60,306 nt of DNA, filler included, from Sluysia triapertura (GCA_046118255.1; 5 parts of 5 records of this genome joined end to end with filler, not necessarily neighbours in it), one strand, 5' to 3'; positions 1 through 13,942 are shown, numbered from the whole stretch's first letter. Notes: a model not told the origin generated them from the letters alone. Numbers and translations: made by a program.

Positions 1-342
1 ACGTCTCTCGCATCTAGGTAGACTGTTTCTGCTATCCCTAAAAATAGTATTTATTATAATAACATTTATATTTTCCGATATTATCCTGTAGAATGAAAAT
101 TTTACAAAATCCTATTTTAATCAGTTTTAAACTGACCATTTTGGCATGCACTTGAAATTACTACAACATAAAATCCAAAAACATTAATCCGACTTTGGAA
201 AATGTTAATCTCAACTCAATATCAGTCTTAAGTTTGACTCTAAATTTAAAAATAGACTGTGTTATCTAATTTCAACTATAAGTTATTAAGGTTATCCAAA
301 AATACTTTACTAATACGCAATTCTCATTCTACTTTAATAAAA

Positions 343-678
343 TTAAAAATGTTTCATAAAATACCTCATCGGTTGGGGTAAAGAATATCTTTGAACAGGT
401 CCATTAGAACATGACATATTAAAATCTCGTGATCTTGGTGAAGCAGAAGTTTCTGGAGGTTTCGGCGATTCGGGTGTGTCTGGAAGTGTCCGAAGTGGTT
501 GGCGACACCAACCACAAATTCGACCATTATTATCAAATTGTTGCTGAATTACGGGATTTTCCCGCATAAATTTTACCCATATATTTTCGGACATTTGTCC
601 ATTATCCAACACTGGTGGTGGTGGTAACGGCAATCGTTGTATTAGCTCCGCCATCCATTTTTTAGAGTCGCCGTACAT
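343..678 (-). CDS. Small orphan ORF, 111 aa, Pro-rich, with a CGWC motif
   Basis: ATG-to-stop ORF that is clearly GC-richer than its flanks, with protein-like composition; no family recognised. Confidence 0.5.
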   Translation of the reverse strand: MYGDSKKWMAELIQRLPLPPPPVLDNGQMSENIWVKFMRENPVIQQQFDNNGRICGWCRQPLRTLPDTPESPKPPETSASPRSRDFNMSCSNGPVQRYSLPQPMRYFMKHF

Positions 679-1380
679 TCAATAAATAAATTATAATTTT
701 TATATATCCCGCTTTTATAGCGGATTTTTATCATAAAATCCAATTTTAATAATCGCAGTTCATAATTATCATTAAATATGATCGAATAATAATTTATAAT
801 ACATTGAAATGAATTAATAATAAATTTTAAGTTTTGTTAATAAATTGTAGATAATAATTTGTTTAATAGTTTTGGATTTAATAAAATGTCACCATAAAAT
901 AAATTAATAATAAATTTTAATAGTTTGTTTCATATTTCACAGAATATTAATAGTAGTGCAGTTTTAATTCTTTATATTGATTAATAACATACACTCACTA
1001 TGTATAGCAATATACAAACACATTTTCATTAATTCTGTCTCTCTTTGATAATAATAATAATAATAATATATAATAATAATAATAACAATAATAATAATAA
1101 ATAATAATAATAATATATATTTTTAAGGGAAGTACTCCTCATCTTTATAGTGATACGTATCTCTGGACTGATACACATACTACTCATAAACAAAGACGTG
1201 CTAACAGCCCTATGTTATCTTCTTTTACATCAACTAATTCAGGTTAGTAATAGTAGTAATACAATTTGAATTTATTTCATGTAACTATTTTACTAATTTA
1301 ATCGATTTATTTATTTCCTGTTTAAATAACAAATCTTAAACATTTTTATTTGATTCGAAAGTGGCACAAAATAAAAATAA

Positions 1381-2460
1381 TAATAATAATATTAATTTAT
1401 ATTGCGCTCATATCTACTGCAAAATAAGTACTCAAAGGCGCTTAAAATAAATCATTCATTATAATATTTCTGAAATAGAAAGACTTTGCCTTTTTCTTAA
1501 ATATTTCATAATATTCCATTAATTTGACATTCTCTGGTAAATGGTTGTATATTTTTGAAACATAAGGGATACATAACCTATCATCTAGTTTATTATCATT
1601 GTAGATCTTGTATATATTATTATGTCTCAATGAAACATTCATCTTGGTTTCCAATTTTCGCATTATTTCTAAAAGATATCCAGGACTTCCGTAATGTAGC
1701 ATTTGTAAATTATTGTTATGATTTTGAATTCTTTTCTGGCAACCAGTGTAATTCCTTAATATAAGGTCTTGCATGAGGTCTTCTTCCCACTTGGAGAATT
1801 AGTCTTGCTGCTTGATTAATTATTAATTTTAATTTTTTCACTTTTCTATATGAAATTGAGTACAACAAACCATTGATAAAATCAATGTCGCTAGTTATCA
1901 ATGAATGAACAATAAGTTTAGCTGTTTCTTTATTAATCAATATTTGAATATGTGATATTTTGTTTAATGAATAAAAAAAACGAATATTTTCTTTCATATC
2001 CATTTTTGAATCCATACAACAACCTATATTTCATACTTTTTGTTTCGCACCTAGTGTTTTACCACCTACAATTAACTTTGCTTCATTTATTTTAATATTA
2101 TCGCTATTTTTATTACTGAAGATTATAAATTCTGAATTTTCTTCATTGATTTTCTTCAAAGATTTATATTTAAATTTTTTTTATTGATTATTTTTTAAAT
2201 ATTATGATGAAGTTTTAGTTAAACCTTTCAATCTACTGAAATATGTAATTTCCAATAAATTTCTATTAAGAATTGCCTCAGATTTTAAGCTTAACTTAGA
2301 TTCTCACGAATAAAATTAAATTAATGTGAGTTCACCAACGTACTTGTCTTACCAGTTAGGGCCAGTCGTTGGATTTAGAAAGGTTAAATCTTAATTCAAA
2401 TGGAGGTTTAATACAAAAGAATTTTTTCTTAATCTATTCTATTACGAATTCTTATCGAAA
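1381..2460 (-). mobile_element. L2/CR1-type LINE remnant (RT C-terminal region, 3' UTR, (ATT)n tail)
   Basis: Translates LIVHSLITSDIDFINGLL..KLKLIINQAARLI..PYIKELHWLP, the typical L2/CR1 post-RT motif, with frameshifts; ends AAGCGCCTTTG...GAGCGCAATATAAAT then ATT repeats. Confidence 0.85.
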
Positions 2461-4644
2461 GGGTAAGAATGACTTTGACAAAGATTTTAGTATGGTTCTG
2501 ATTAAATAGAGCCGTTGTATATAAAAATAATTTTATTGAGGTTCTTAGTAAACAGAACCTATTTATTACCAAAAATTCAATTTTTTACTGGTTTCCTATT
2601 AAATGAAACCTTTAAGAGATTAAATGAGATTTTAATAAGATTTCTATTTAAATGAAACCTTTGCAAAACTAGGTATTTTACAATATTAAATAATACAATT
2701 AAGAATTAAAAAATTTATTCACTTAAAAAAATTTACACTGGGTAAATAAAAATATATAACATTAATATATAAAAAACAGATTGTATTTTATCGGGATTAT
2801 CCGTGATAATCCTATGGCTAATTATTTTAAAAATTAATTTTACTACCTATCAATTTAAAAGATAGGATTTTAATATAATTGAATTAGTTTAAGTAGATTT
2901 TATATGTAATCGTTAAATGATTATAAAACTTAAATAAAGAAAACTAACGATTATTTCTCTCTTTAATTAAATTTTCCGAAAAAACAAGCCAAAAACAAGA
3001 TTTATAAAATTGTATTTACTGTTGTGTTCATTGGTCAATTTTTATATTTAAATAATTGTGACCTTGAATATTAAGGTGGTAAAACAATATTATTTAAAAT
3101 GAAATATAAAGTATTAATATTATTTAAAATATTACTTATTAAAAATATTACTTATAAATATTAATATTATTTATTATTAAAAATATTACTTTATATTCAC
3201 AATTATCAAGACATTAATGCAATAAATAAAATAGATTAAATATTAATATTATTTATAAATTATCAATAAATTAAAATATTACTTTATATTATCAATCAAT
3301 AAATTCCAAATGCAGACACCAAATTAAATATATAAAAACTATACTATAAATAAAATTTATATACATACATAACAAATAACTATAAATATTTACAATTGTA
3401 AAGAAAAAACTTTATTTAATTTATACATCCCATCAAATTTCTCAATTACTGAACATATTTCTTTTCTATCTGTATGTATATTAGTGATAAAACAATTGTT
3501 TAGAAAAAATCGTACTGATTAATCGTATTGTTAATATTTTGAGTCAAATCGGTTTATGATTTGCATTGTGAATTCATCTCCTATGGTAGAGATAGAAGTG
3601 AAGATTTTAGTCGTTACTACATTAAATATCAGACGTATTTTAATTTTTTACAAATTTTAGTTTTATATTATTTAAAATTTTGATATTGTACTTACTAAAA
3701 TAGCCATAATCAGTATTAAAAATAATTTGTAATTAGTCTTAAATACTCTGATTTAGCTGAATTAAATTGTTTCTAATTTATTATTGATTCTAAACATTCT
3801 AAATCGACTTTGTTATGTTTGTATAACTGTTATATATATTATAACCAATAAAATTTTCGTTTCCATTCTAAAATAATTTTGTTTTAATCATGATTTTATA
3901 TTATTATATTATACATGTATTATAGTGGTTATATGACCAATTTCATCGATATGCTTGTTTTCTTCTACATTCATTTCTATTTTAATAAAATAGTATGTTT
4001 TTTTATTTCTAGCTTTTTCCGTTTAATCCCTAACTTTATTTGCTAATTAATTGTACTTATTATATTCAGTTTTTGGTTTTATTTTATTCACTTCTTAAAT
4101 TAAGCATTCTTTTAAAAATATTTATTTCTATATTTATAGCTTTATTTTATTTTCAATAGTAAAATAAATTTAATTTAATTAAGGTAGAAAAATTAAAACA
4201 TTCGAGAAGCAAAATCATTTCGTTTTCTTTTTTATTTGTACTTTATGTTTGAAGGATAAACATTGTTTTAGCATTTAATCAATATTGTTTGTTCTTCGCT
4301 GTTTAAAATAAAAACAATACATTATTTAGCTTTTTAATGCTAATGTTCTTTGCAAAGAGGACGAGAGAGTTCGTTATCAATTGGAGAACTTCTTGAAGAT
4401 TCTGAACAATTTCTTTTGGCTTATACTACGCATTTAAACAATAATATTAATAGTAATTAGTTAAAACAAAATTAGTTGCTTTAAATAAAATTTGGTTTGT
4501 TTTTCTATGAGTTTATGTTTTGTCTCTATCATATTTTTATTACACGAAAATGATCTATACTTTGTTAGAAAATTTATTAATGAAATTATTCTAATTTTAT
4601 TTAGATTTGTGTATAAATTTTATGTTTTACATCATCAATGGTAA

Positions 4645-4912
4645 TAATAATATATTAATTTATATTGCACTCGTATCTACTGCAAAATAAAGCGCTTAAA
4701 ATAAATCATTCATTATAATGTTTCTGAAACAGAAAGAACTTGAATATTTCATAATCCTCCAGTAATTTGACTTTTTCTCGTAACTGGTTTTTTATGTTTC
4801 AAAAAAAACCACAGTGGATTTTGTATAGATTATTATGTCTCGATGAAATATTCATCTTGGTTTCAAAATTTTTATTATTTCTCAGAAATATTTAGAACTT
4901 TCGTAATGTAAA
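4645..4912 (-). mobile_element. 3' fragment of the same L2/CR1-type LINE
   Basis: Colinear nucleotide similarity to 1390-1700. Confidence 0.8.
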
Positions 4913-5329
4913 AATCAGAAAACAAAATAAGTCTATTTTGAGCAAGAATAATATAATTTCAAAGATAAACATTAAAATTACTGAGAAATATAAAATAATT
5001 GAAACAAAAACAATAAAATTATCTATAATTAAAATTAAATAATTAAATATAAATAGAAATTAATAACAACAATGAATATATTTTATAGTAGACATTGTAA
5101 GTGTTATTTTTGTCATTTTCCAAACTAATCCAATTAAAATTTGTTAGCAAAAGTGTTTGAATATGTAGATAAACTTAATTCATTTTTATTTAGTTTTTAT
5201 TTTTATTTATTTATTCTTTTAATTTTAAAATATAATTTTTTTAATTTACTGAATCACATTTTTATTATTATTATTATTACAAAAACAATCAAACATAATT
5301 ATTGTTTTTATTGATAAATTCAAAAAATC

Positions 5330-5902
5330 AAAACATTTTGTTCAAAGATTTAAGTAAAGATTTCATTAAGAACAGTAATTCTAATGTTAAAAAGTGTAAA
5401 TATCAATTAAAGAAAGTATCAAATATTCGAAAATTTATTAATAAAGAAACGGCTTAATTTATTGTTCAATAATTTGATAACTAACAATTTAGACTTTAAC
5501 AATGGTTTATTGTACTCAATTTCATATAGAAAAGTGAAAAAATTACAATTAATAATTAATCAAGCAGAAAGACTAATTCTCCAAGTGACTGCCAATAAAA
5601 GCAAGAATAGAATTTAAAATCAGGACACTACGGAAGTCGTGAGTATCTCTTAGAAATAATTTAAAAAATTTGGAAAGAAAGATGAATATTTCATTGAGAC
5701 ATAACAATCTATACAGAATACAGCGATAATAGGTGATACGTTATAACTAAACTACCAGAGAATGTCAAATTACTGGAAGATTATGAAATGTTTAAGAAAA
5801 AGGCAATGTTCTTTGTTTTTCAGATATATTATAATGAATGATTTATTTTAAGCGCTTTTGAGTACTTACTTTTAGTAGATATGAACACAATATAAATTAA
5901 TA

Positions 5903-5940
<38 letters not shown>
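5330..5940 (+). mobile_element. 3' fragment of the same L2/CR1-type LINE with (ATT)n tail
   Basis: Reverse-complement match to 1390-1990 (e.g. TTAATAATTAATCAAGCAG), ending in about 13 ATT units. Confidence 0.85.
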
Positions 5941-5941
<1 letters not shown>

Positions 5942-6099
5942 AGTATTCTTTTTCCAACCTCCAAATTTTTAGGAAATTTAAAAATTATAATAGAAAAACT
6001 CCTCCTAGCTGTCAGTTCTGTTAATCGCCACAATTTTTAGAAAATATTTGAATGATTTATTTTTATTTTTGACATAATAATGTTGTTTTAATATTAATT

Positions 6100-6860
6100 G
6101 TTTATGAAACATTTTTCATTGGACCTTATTTATGCTAAATCGAAAGTGTGTAAAGTTAAAAATTCGAAGTACACTGAATCTTATCCTGCATATTCATGTA
6201 ACAGAATAGAAGAGGTTTTTTCAGGTAAATTTAAAAAGAACTTTCAAGAAGAAACATAGATCTTTTGATTCAAAAATGGTTGGAGAATTCCCGTTTTAAA
6301 GTTTAATGTTTTAGACAAAGAATTGTCCGCATGAATGACTGACAGACTTGAAGAAAGAGGAGTTGCTATCATTAAGGATAATATAATAAAAGAAGAGACA
6401 GTTCAGATAACTGATTTAAATAGCATACAAGATTTTAAATCCTCAAATGGGTGGTTAAGAAGTTTTAAGGAAAAAATTTGTTGAAGTTAAGAAATATATA
6501 AGCCGAGTCAACCAAGGTGTTTAAAAGGCTTCTCATATTCTTCTTTGGTTAACTACTATAGTTCTTCAAATGCACGAATGACGAATAACATTTTTAATAA
6601 ATGATTATTGTATTGGAATTTCAAACTAATTAAATTGCAATAAAATGCTCATTTGATTTTTCCATCTTTAGATGGTTAATGATGTAAAACCATCGAATAA
6701 AAATCTAGAATTGGAAAAGAAACTTTGAATTTTATTAATGTGATAAAGATTCTTTTAAAAAATAATTTTATAAAATGAATAAAGCAGAGATTCATAATAA
6801 AAGTCAGTGGAACTAAAACATCTAAGTTGAACAATAATTATTATGTTACTGAAAAAAGTA
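6100..6860 (+). mobile_element. Decayed Tigger/pogo transposase
   Basis: DFKSSNGWLRSFK (CENP-B HTH signature) at ~6430-6470 and YSSNARMTNNIF (Y-x-N-x-AWMT-like) at ~6555-6595; stops and frameshifts. Confidence 0.75.
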
Positions 6861-7560
6861 TGTATTTATTTGTTACTTTTGCAGCAATAAATAATGCTTA
6901 AATTTACTTTACTGGTTTGTTATTCAAGGAATTTTAAATGTTTTTTGTTTTCGAATAGATAATGAAAATGTTTTCCATTGTTAATTATTGCTATCTGCTT
7001 TTTCATTGGATATCTCTAAATAATCAAGAAATTCAAATTTATAATTCGTGATTATCAAGTTTCAATTATTTGTAAATCATATTTTTATTACACAATTAGG
7101 TTTACATTATACGAAATAATTGTTGGTTAGATTTAATTTTGAAAACTATATAAAATTATAAAATTATTTTAATAAAATATGAAATTTTAATAATATTTTT
7201 ATTAAAAGATTTATTATTTATTATTTAATTTTATTTAAATATTAAATATTTTATGTTATTAATGTTATAATGAAGTTTAAATTCACTAATTCGGTACTAT
7301 TTAGGATTCATGGCACAATTATCATTAATTAATTGAATTTTTATTGATTAATTAATTAATTTTTATTAATTAATTCAGAAATCCAGATTTTCGTAAATAT
7401 CTTTCTAGTTTTAAATGTCAAAATGTAATATGAATAATCTAATAACATTAACTTCGTTTTTAAAATGTTTATCATATTCATTTTATATTTGCATTAAACT
7501 AAACTAATAATACAAAAGATTCAATTCTTTGTAAATCGAAAAATATTATCTAGGATAATA

Positions 7561-8016
7561 CAGTAATGGACAAATTATTAGACTAAAACATGAAAAATAT
7601 TTGCTATCCTGGCCTGGAAACTCTTCAGAAATGAATTTTCTAACCATAAACCAACCACCAGAACGAAAATTATTGAAACCATGATAAAAGTGTGGCTTCA
7701 TGATGACTAGATCAAAGACTTGTGCCCCAAGCCAATCCGTGGCATGCCTTTAAGGATCAGGAAATTATTGGATAACAAAGAAGGGCAAACACAATACTGA
7801 TACAACAGTTTGATTTGTGTTATCATTTTACATGAATAAAATCTTTGTATGTTTTGGATTTCAGTATTTTTATCTATTATTTTACTTTTACCAGAACCTT
7901 TTGGAGAAAGTTGTATGTTCCAACATTTTACATTTTCCGTGACAATGTTTTTCTACATTTTTGATTAATGTTTTATCACAAAAATGGTCTTTAGTCTAAT
8001 AATTTGGCTACCGCTG
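7561..8016 (+). mobile_element. Internally deleted Tc1-like transposon
   Basis: Imperfect TIRs CAGTAATGGACAAATTATTAGACTAAA / TTTAGTCTAATAATTTGGCTACCGCTG flanked by TA; interior encodes LSWPGNS...MPLRIRKLLDNKEGQTQY* (Tc1 C-terminus). Confidence 0.88.
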
Positions 8017-8069
8017 TATTTATTAGATGTTACATGTTTTTTAGATCATTTTTCTGAACTATGTTTCCC

Positions 8070-8070
<1 letters not shown>

Positions 8071-8129
<59 letters not shown>

Positions 8130-8138
8130 TAATAATAA
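8071..8138. repeat. (AAT)n microsatellite; similar tracts at ~1048-1112, 12088-12148, 13045-13103, 17895-17934, 20081-20140, 24572-24616
   Basis: Seen directly. Confidence 0.95.
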
Positions 8139-8402
8139 AGAAAATAATACTTGTTATTATTGTTTTATTTATTGCTTTAAAATTAAAATCAAACTACCTC
8201 TAAATTGTAATTAGTCTAATTGAGAGGAAAAGTATTATGCGAATTTGAAAGAAATTATCATTGTTTTGCCTTAAGTTATATTGAAATTTTCTCTATTTAA
8301 CTGGTTTGATAATTATTTTTTTATTTGGTGATTTTCGTTTGTTCAGAAAAGGTTAAAAGAAACATTTTTTTATTAAAAATTTTTTCTATTTCTTAATATT
8401 AA

Positions 8403-8622
8403 CCCTTTCAGCCCCGAATTTTTTTTCCTTAAGATATATGGTGATTTATGCACAAATATGGCGCCGCTCTGATGTTACGTAATTACGTTCAAGGTAATCT
8501 TTATATATCTGGAGGAAGCTAAAATTATGCTCTTCGTATTACTTTAGTAGGATCTTGCATAGCAGTTGTGTAAGAGAAAAAATCGCCATTGATGCCATAT
8601 GGCGGTCCCAGGGCTGAAAGGG
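8403..8622. mobile_element. piggyBac-type MITE, 220 bp
   Basis: TTAA-CCCTTTCAGCCC ... GGGCTGAAAGGG-TTAA: perfect 12-bp TIR and TTAA target duplication. Confidence 0.9.
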
Positions 8623-8769
8623 TTAAATATATCGCTTTTTTATTGTATAATATTACTGGATTTTCGCAAATATAGGCCCACCTAAAAAAACACAAAAACG
8701 TGAAATTTTGAAAAATTTAAAAATTCCAAATTTAATCCCTGGGATAGCATTTCAAAATGCTCTTGCACA

Positions 8770-9340
8770 ATTTGCCTTTTGACCAATGCTTGTGTTTTGT
8801 CTTACTCAACTCGAAAGCTTTCAATCTTCGCCTATTTAACCAAATTATTCGCTTATAAACAGATCTTTCTTCACGAACCCACACTTAAAGCATTTCTTCT
8901 AACTCACAGAATTGTGCTTTTATACCACTTCCAATTTTTTGTGGATGATTTACTACTAGTGTTTAAAAGCTTATTTTCATTGTTTCTCAATTCACGAATT
9001 ATTTTATTTTGAGCCGTTTTTGAGATATTTCCGTTGTTTTCTCTTAATTTTTGAAGAATTTCAACTTTCTCTTTTACAGTATAACTTTGTCTCCTTATTA
9101 TGGATATAAAAATGTCGTATTATTTGTAGAAAATAATGAGATATTTTAAACACAAGACATTTATTTAATAATTATTTACTAATTATTCCATTCGATGCAT
9201 GTAGTATCAAATAGGTTTTTACAAAATTTATAACAAAATACAAATACATCATACTATAATTTATTATTTTTTCAAAATACAAAAATGTACTCGAATATAA
9301 CCCACTAATTAATTTTATCTCGAAAATAAGCCCAATGGTC
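8770..9340 (-). mobile_element. Decayed pogo/Tc2-like transposase N-terminus
   Basis: RRQSYTVKEKVEIL..NGNISKTA..KIGSGIKAQFCELEEML*VWVREER resembles the pogo DNA-binding region; CTCGAATATAA(G)CCCA subterminal motifs at ~9290-9335. Confidence 0.6.
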
Positions 9341-10569
9341 TTACATTCACAGAAATGCGGTAAAAATTTTTATTGCATGTAATAAATTAAGTAATCAAAC
9401 AATAAATAAATAAATAAATATATAAATTAATTTATTAATTAATTAATAAATTTATTAATAAATTTATTAATTAATTAATAAATAAAATAAAGTAATAAAT
9501 TAATTAAACTGATAAAAAATAAACGTTTTCAATTTCATAAACAATTCAGAATTAATATTTCGGTTTTAAAAAATGAATAAATTGATTATTTTTTCGTTAT
9601 CTTTGTTGCAATACATTTCGTTTCTGTAATATTTTAATTTCTGGTCAAGGATAAAAGACAATGTTCTTTTTGGACCTTATTATTTTAACACATACATCAA
9701 CATAAGATGATATATAGCCAAATAAACTATCTATTTAATAGTTATTAAATCTTTTTATCATATCCAAATTGTTTTAGTACATTATTTGCTCATCATGTAT
9801 AACAGTTAGAATGGATACATATAAATTATCAAACGTTTGTACGAAATGCTTATTTCTAATGTCTTACTCACCGATATCCAATAAGAATAAGCAAAACATG
9901 AATAATCCAATTCATAAAATGGAATTTATTTAAGTTACATTTTTTAATTTTTTCTAAAAAAGACATATTTATATCTAATTTCACCAAAATAGTATCAGCT
10001 TTTAATAATAAATATTTATATTAATATTTATAACTATAAATATTTGATTTCACTAAATGGATGGACTAGTTCGATGAATTTAACAAATGTATTTTAAAAT
10101 TATGACAAGAATTTACATTCATAATTATACAAATATGTATAAGGGATCAAAATAAATATTAATTAGAATGTTTGATCCAAAATCACAAATATATTGTCTA
10201 TGATGCTTCTGCTGTTGTTGTTGATTGAAGTTCATTCAAGATTATTTATACATTCATAAAGAGCAACACAGTTAAATTATGCAGAAAATGAAAAATATAT
10301 AATGGACATAGGTACAAATTCACACAGAAAAAGGAAGACAAAGTTATATTTAACAAAAGCATTCATAGAAAATGGAGGTAAATATTGAAATAATTTAATA
10401 ATTCTTACACAAAAGGAAAAATTAGAAGATTTACAAACATTTACGTACGAAGAAGAGGTAATTGTGGTTGTTGTCGTATAGGAAAATGCAAAATATTTTA
10501 TTAATGTGTTAAAGGGGATACTGAAGGGAATGGTTCTTATAGATACACTGGTTTGCCAAACTAGTAACA

Positions 10570-11400
10570 TCAGCTTTACGGAAACCTAACTTTTTAAGGA
10601 CAGAATCAAGAACCAAGAGCTCCAACTACAAATACGTCTATGGAAACGGGACAGTTGAGTTGGTCTTGGAGTTTTTGCCTCAGGTCAGAATACATGGTTA
10701 TATTAAATGTTCGGGCTGCTTGAAAGTTTTTATAATCATCAATAGGGGATTTGATGTCTTTGAGAAACAGTTGTGAAGAATTATTATCTTGAATATCAGG
10801 TCGCCTGTAATCTCCAACCAGGCGGTTTGGTAACTTTTTTGACCGAGAAGCCCATTTGTTTTAGTTTACTAAATAAACATTCTAGAATTTTATTATATCT
10901 TACTGTACGGCCAGTCCTTGCATGTAGGCAAAGACAAAATAAATGAGCAAGAGTTTCGTGTTCGAAATCGCACCCACGACAAGTAAGAGGAAGATTAAGT
11001 CGAATGTTTTGGGAACACAAATTAAGTTTCCTGGCTTTAGTCATGAAAATCCAACGCAGGTTTCCTAATTGTAGGGGAAAAGGACGACCTGATAGAGGAT
11101 TTTTCATGAAACATTCGACAAAACAACCTTGGATTTCCAGGAATTAATGTTGATGCAAATATTTCCCCATATATTAAAAGTGACTTCGCAATCACAAAGG
11201 ATGTTACATTTAACATTCTTCATAATAAACGAATCTAACACTGATTTTATATTTTCGAACAGGTTAAGGATTGATTGGCGAATTTTTGCTTGTTTATCGG
11301 CTTTACCACCATTTAGCCACAGTAGGGCCTCAGAAATGTTAACAACCTTATTCAGTATGATTTAGAGGGTTGTGATAGCAATCCTTTTACTTTGTGATTC
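10570..11400 (-). mobile_element. R2/NeSL-like non-LTR retrotransposon remnant (zinc knuckle plus restriction-like endonuclease)
   Basis: CRGCDFEHETLAHLFCLC..RTVRYNKIL matches CxxC..ETLxHI..C..RHN; after a frameshift RRPDI..DIKSP matches the PD..D REL motif. Confidence 0.85.
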
Positions 11401-12087
11401 TAATACGTCGCATTGATTCATTAATTCGTTACTTATGCATTATTTTATTTGGTTTCAAATTTGTTACGTTTTTGATTATTTATAAACTTTATTACTTAAC
11501 TGAAGCCTTTTCAATGAGGTTATTTGCATCTAAAATGAATTTAATACAGAAACTATACATTTATTATATTTATTGGAATTAAACCCTTTTCTTAATATAT
11601 TTATATACTTATAACAAGATATAATAATTTCAATCCAGGATACTTTTTAAAATAACCAGTATTATTTGGTTATGTTAAGTGCACGTCCTAAATCGTCGAT
11701 AATTATAATAATAATAATAATCAAAAAGTTTTTAACATAAAAATTTAGGACATGTCACCAATCTACTTGAAAATTAATTATGAAAGTATAGAGCGTAATG
11801 CTTATTATGAAAATATTTGTGAATATAATAAATTATTTAATTAATTAATTAAATGGCATAATAATCCATAATTATATAAATATTAAAACAAAACAAATCA
11901 TAATAAATAGCCAAAGTACTCTGCGAGTAAAATTCGTAAGTTTTGTTACTATAAGTAATTTCTTTAAATGATTAAGGATTAAAAACAGGCTTAAAATCTC
12001 TTATTTTTGTAGCTAATTTGATGCTAGCTTAAAATATCATTAAATTCTTTTAAATTTGTCAAGAGTTAATTCTTAATATCGTTTTTA

Positions 12088-12148
<61 letters not shown>

Positions 12149-12455
12149 GTTTGGGTTTAACTTATATCATAACTTATTTCTCTTATTAATTTCTGAAAAT
12201 AAGTACATTAAAATGAGTAGCAATAGGTTAAAAGATGTAAAATGTTAATGAACTACGAAATTAAAGAAAATATTTGTGAAGTAAGGATTTTAATACCACT
12301 TTTCAGCATCTAGCACTTTTTATTTACTTAGGAATTATTTTCATCTAAAATTATTTCATTATCTTAATTAAATTTAATCAAAGTCTTAATTAATTTTTAA
12401 AATTGCAGGAGATTGCAGAAACACCAAAATCATATTTTACAATAACATATATATA

Positions 12456-12555
12456 NNNNNNNNNNNNNNNNNNNNNNNNNNNNNNNNNNNNNNNNNNNNT
12501 TAATTAATTAANNNNNNNNNNNNNNNNNNNNNNNNNNNNNNNNNNNNNNNNNNNN
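12456..12555. other. Assembly gap spacer (44 N, TTAATTAATTAA, 44 N); same at 24823-24922, 36115-36214, 47796-47895
   Basis: Identical 100-bp layout four times; plain N gaps also at 15447-15656 and 22788-22924. Confidence 0.97.
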
Positions 12556-12579
12556 ATACTGTAAACGGACTCATAAATA

Positions 12580-12860
12580 TTAATTATTTTTGCTGTAGGT
12601 AAGCTTTTAGATTAGAAAAGAACCCAGCAAATCCAACGGCTATCCCTAACTGGTAAGCCTAGTACGTTGGTGGACTCACATTAAAATCCTACTTTATTCT
12701 AAGAATCTTTACATATTTAAGAGACAGTTTATTGATGTTTCTGAGTTTTTCAATATCTGTATACATCTTTTTGTCATCGAATTAATCAATGTATTTAAAC
12801 TTTTTATTTCAATCTTTTCCAAAATATCCAATCTTGCATTGTTTAACTCAAAAAAGTGGA
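12580..12860 (+). mobile_element. Internal RT fragment of the L2/CR1-type LINE
   Basis: CCTAACTGGTAAG..AGTACGTTGGTG.ACTCACATTAA matches the reverse complement of 2320-2375. Confidence 0.65.
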
Positions 12861-13055
12861 AAGTAATGCAAGTATTGTCAAAAAGTTAAACAGATTAAGA
12901 CATGCGATATTCACTTATTTGGATACTAGTTAGAAAAGGCAGTGGAAACAAATGGGCCGTTTTAAGACACTTTCTAATAGGCATAAAATGTTTTTAATAT
13001 GGTATTCCAAAAATACAACACTGTCTACAACTTGCTTAATGTAAAATAATAATAA

Positions 13056-13108
<53 letters not shown>

Positions 13109-13628
13109 TATACTTTAAGTACTAGATTTTAATTAAGTGAAGACCTTTTAAGGTCAGATAATAGTTAATATGCAATAAGACCTCGCTTAAAAAATGGGCT
13201 TCTAATCATTTCTTAAAAATAAAATAAAATCAATCTCGTTTCACATTTCTAAATAAAATAATTCATATGGTTATTAAATCCTAAATTTGACTTTCTTTAT
13301 TTTATAAAACCGATTCTACGATTCGGTAGTAAAATCATTCGTTATGTAAATCCTTTTTAATTAGGATCGAATTTAAAAGCATATTATTAAAACAATAATT
13401 AACATATTGACAAGATTAGTTTCTTTTGCATTACAAATTAAAATTAGAAAATATAATTACATATTGCGTACAATCACCACAAGTTCTTACTAAATCGAAA
13501 CTCTTAAATCCTACGGATCAGCCCTTAATTGCGTAACAGTATGACCGTAGACTAGCAATATCAGCCATAATGATTATAATAGTAATAATATAAATAATGT
13601 TAAGGTATAAAATTCCTAAGATATATGT

Positions 13629-13942
13629 CAGTGTTCTTCAAAAGGGGGATGAAGCGCGACCTATTACTCTGTCGCGAGAAATTTCAAAGTTATAGTAAAG
13701 TATTCATAAGAAAATATTCTTTAAATATGAGAAGTCTAATTTTAAATAATTTCCAATACAAATATTCTTTTATTTTATTGATATTAGTATTAGACGACAA
13801 AAAATAGTTAATTTTTTCTTAATGCAAAACACAGTTTCAACAAGAGTATGTTCTAATATGTTATTAAATATATTTTAATTTTTTGGCGTTAAGAATTTGG
13901 TCTGGTAAAGTGGGTAGCAGCACAAAAAGTGTGAAGACCGCT
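13629..13942. mobile_element. Probable hAT-type MITE
   Basis: CAGTGTTCTTCAAA ... AAAAGTGTGAAGACCGCT imperfect TIRs with GC-rich subterminal motifs. Confidence 0.5.

Noticed and set aside
7984-8214. Poly-Asn ORF
   Set aside because: Tc1 TIR plus (AAT)n microsatellite
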